A model generated the notes under the pieces. It worked only from the letters and a program-made list of their open reading frames with translations, was not told where the DNA came from and did not search any database. The position numbers and the translations under genes are program-made. DNA of 64,000 nt, taken from contig NIVC01002670.1 in NCBI GenBank assembly GCA_002269645.1, forward strand, positions 1 to 64,000, written 5' to 3'. Source of the stretch: Macrostomum lignano. Lineage: Eukaryota. Shown here piece by piece: positions 61,653-64,000 of the stretch (positions are counted from its first letter, which is position 1; each line of letters starts with the position of its first letter).

Positions 61653-62899
61653 TTAATCAATTTTCAAAAAGCTAGTAGTAACACCTTCAGTCTGTCTTCT
61701 CCCAAGCAGTTTTTATATGCAGAGTCTGTTTTGCTTTTTCAGTGTTTGTTGGCCTTATGTGTGCGTCTATGCTATCATGAGCTTATATTCATATTTATAT
61801 TGAACAATTTCAATAGTTCTTTTTCCTTAGGTTTTTGTGTAGAATGTTTTTCTATACGAAAACTTCAATGCAACCGAAGCGATTTTTATTGGCGGCCTTA
61901 AGAACGCTTGCCGTTGATTAAGTAGTATCCTGTGTGTAGTATTTCAACTTAATGCATGCTACAGTTTTTCTGTACTAGTAGCTACTGTTAGTAGTAGCAC
62001 ATTTTTAGCTTGATTTGTTACCCGGTCTGGTCCAGGCCTGTGGAATCAGGCTTAGCTTTAGTAAATTGCGCATGGTGTTTGGCCTTAGCTCTTCCCTTTC
62101 TCACTTTACTGTTTGCCTATCTGGTTTCTGTTTGACCAAACAATCGTCTCTGTCGCAACACAAATCGCTTTTTGTCTTGTGTTTGTTTGTATTTTTGTTT
62201 TCTTATTGTCTTCTTTTATTGCCGATACGGCTGCCATGACAAAGAAGGGCACTGTGTACTTTGCGGGAAGCTCTCGCTGCTCCCTCCACGTCACACGTAT
62301 TGATCAAATTGTCACAGCTTTTTAATCTATAGAAACAGTTTTCCAGATTTTTCTGACAATCCGTGCTTTTTGTTGTGTCCATTTGCGTGCGCTGAGAGCT
62401 GGGCAGAGGAGCTTTATTTAAACTGGCTTTTTGTAGTCCATGACTGATTCGACAGCCACGCTTCTTTTGGTTACTGGTTACTATGCGCTTCTCAGCCTGA
62501 ATGTCTATTTCTGATTTATTAGGTGTCAGATTGTACTCTGCGTCGCTTGATAAAGTCTACAGTAGCCCAGCGACCATCAGCTTTCTATCGTTTCACTCAT
62601 TTTTTCTATTTGGTCGAATTCTTGTTGCAGCATTTCTGCTATTATATTGCTACTGATCTGCTTTTTTGTTCTCTCGCTCTCGATTCTGTTAGCAACAGAT
62701 ACCATTGAACTAGCTGATTGCACCTTTAGTACTGCGTGCCTACAGGTGACAAAATTAACATTATTCTTAATTATATATTATTCCCGGTTGAAAAAAATAC
62801 TGGATTAGCCCATTGAAATTGGCCCGCTCATCGGCCACTTCGTGTCAGAAAAGCCCGCTCTAAAAGCCCGCTCATTTTTCCAAATCAACGAGTCTCTCA

Positions 62900-63940
62900 A
62901 ATCGGCCCGTTCCACGGCCCGCTTCTGGGCCCGCTGGCTGGCCCGCTGGTTGGCCCGTTCTAAACCGGCCCGCTGGCTGGCCCGTTGTTTGGCCCGGTGG
63001 CTGGCCCGTTGGTTGGCCCGCTCACTGGCCCACTCATTGACCCGTTCTAAACCGGCCTACTGGCTGGCCCGCTGATTGGCCCCCTCATTGGCCCGTTCTA
63101 AACCGGCCCGCTGGTTGGCCCGTTGGTTGGCCCGCTGATTGGCCCGTTCTTAACCGGCCCGCTGGTTGGCCCGTTGGTTGGCCCGCTCATTGGCCCACTC
63201 ATTGACCCGTTGTAAACCGGCCTGCTGGCTGGCCCGCTCATTGGCCCGTTCTAAACCGGCCTACTGGCTGGCCCGCTGATTGGCCCCCTCATTGGCCCGT
63301 TCTAAACCGGCCCGCTGGTTGGCCCGTTGGTTGGCCCGCTGATTGGCCCGTTCTTAACCGGCCCGCTGGTTGGCCCGTTGGTTGGCCCGCTCATTGGCCC
63401 ACTCATTGACCCGTTGTAAACCGGCCTGCTGGCTGGCCCGCTCATTGGCCCGTTCTAAACCAGCCCGCTCATTGGCCCGTTCTAAACCGGCCCGCTCATT
63501 GGCCCGTTCTAAACCGGCCCGCTGGCTGGCCAGTTGGTTGGCCCGCTGGTTGGCCCGTTCTAAACCGGCCCGCTGGTTGGCCCGTTGGTTGGCCCGCTGG
63601 CTGGCCCGCTCACTGGCCCGTTCTAAACCGGCCCGCTGGCTGGCCCGTTGTTTGGCCCGGTGGCTGGCCCGTTGGTTGGCCCGCTCACTGGCCCACTCAT
63701 TGACCCGTTCTAAACCGGCCTGCTGGCTGGCCCGCTCATTGGCCCGTTCTAAACCAGCCCGCTGGCTGGCCCGTTGGTTGGCCCGCTGGTTGGCCCGTTC
63801 TAAACCGGCCCGCTGGTTGGCCCGTTGGTTGGCCCGCTGGTTGGCCCGCTCACTGGCCCACTCATTGACCCGTTGTAAACCGGCCTGCTGGCTGGCCCGC
63901 TCATTGGCCCGTTCTAAACCGGCCCGCTGGTTGGCCCGCT
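62900..63940. repeat. Complex GGCCCG-modular minisatellite
   Basis: Modules GGCCCGCTGGTT, GGCCCGTTCTAAACC, GGCCCACTCATTGA. Confidence 0.95.
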
Positions 63941-64000
63941 GAACGAACAAAAAAAATAAGTAAAGAAGCAAAATAAGCATGAGATTTCTAAGTCAGACCG

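Overview
Eukaryotic (metazoan) genomic DNA. GC-rich exons with poly-Q/poly-A tracts and minisatellite-filled introns suggest a Macrostomum-like free-living flatworm; this is inference, not a database match. Five protein-coding genes could be reconstructed by hand with phase-consistent splice junctions: (1) a 16-exon plexin on the minus strand (27029->2302, ~2,170 aa: signal peptide, Sema, PSI, IPT, TM, split GAP/RBD); (2) an intronless SMARCE1/BAF57 (+, 41815-43856); (3) an intronless SLC16/MCT transporter (-, 47998->45959); (4) a 5-exon, highly divergent SLC6-fold transporter (-, 55399->51293); (5) a class VI POU homeobox gene (+, ~59024-61652). Non-coding content is ~27 distinct tandem arrays, two non-autonomous hAT elements with 8-bp TSDs, a decayed Mutator/MULE element with a 9-bp TSD, a CORE-SINE remnant and a probable short solo LTR. 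I saw no rRNA, functional tRNA or CRISPR array, and most ORF-track entries are translations of repeats or antisense shadows. I cannot demonstrate a new biological system from sequence alone. The best candidate is a pair of sharply bounded CpG-free, apparently TpA-rich domains (33.9-41.3 kb, 56.3-59.0 kb). Each starts next to a small CpG-rich patch and ends near a GC-rich coding exon, and the repeats inside record intense C->T/G->A mutation, including CG->TA double changes. Other leads are the SLC6-like protein lacking its Na+/substrate-binding motifs and three lesions (two -1 frameshifts, one missing acceptor) in plexin and BAF57, which are either long-read errors or a decaying duplicate.
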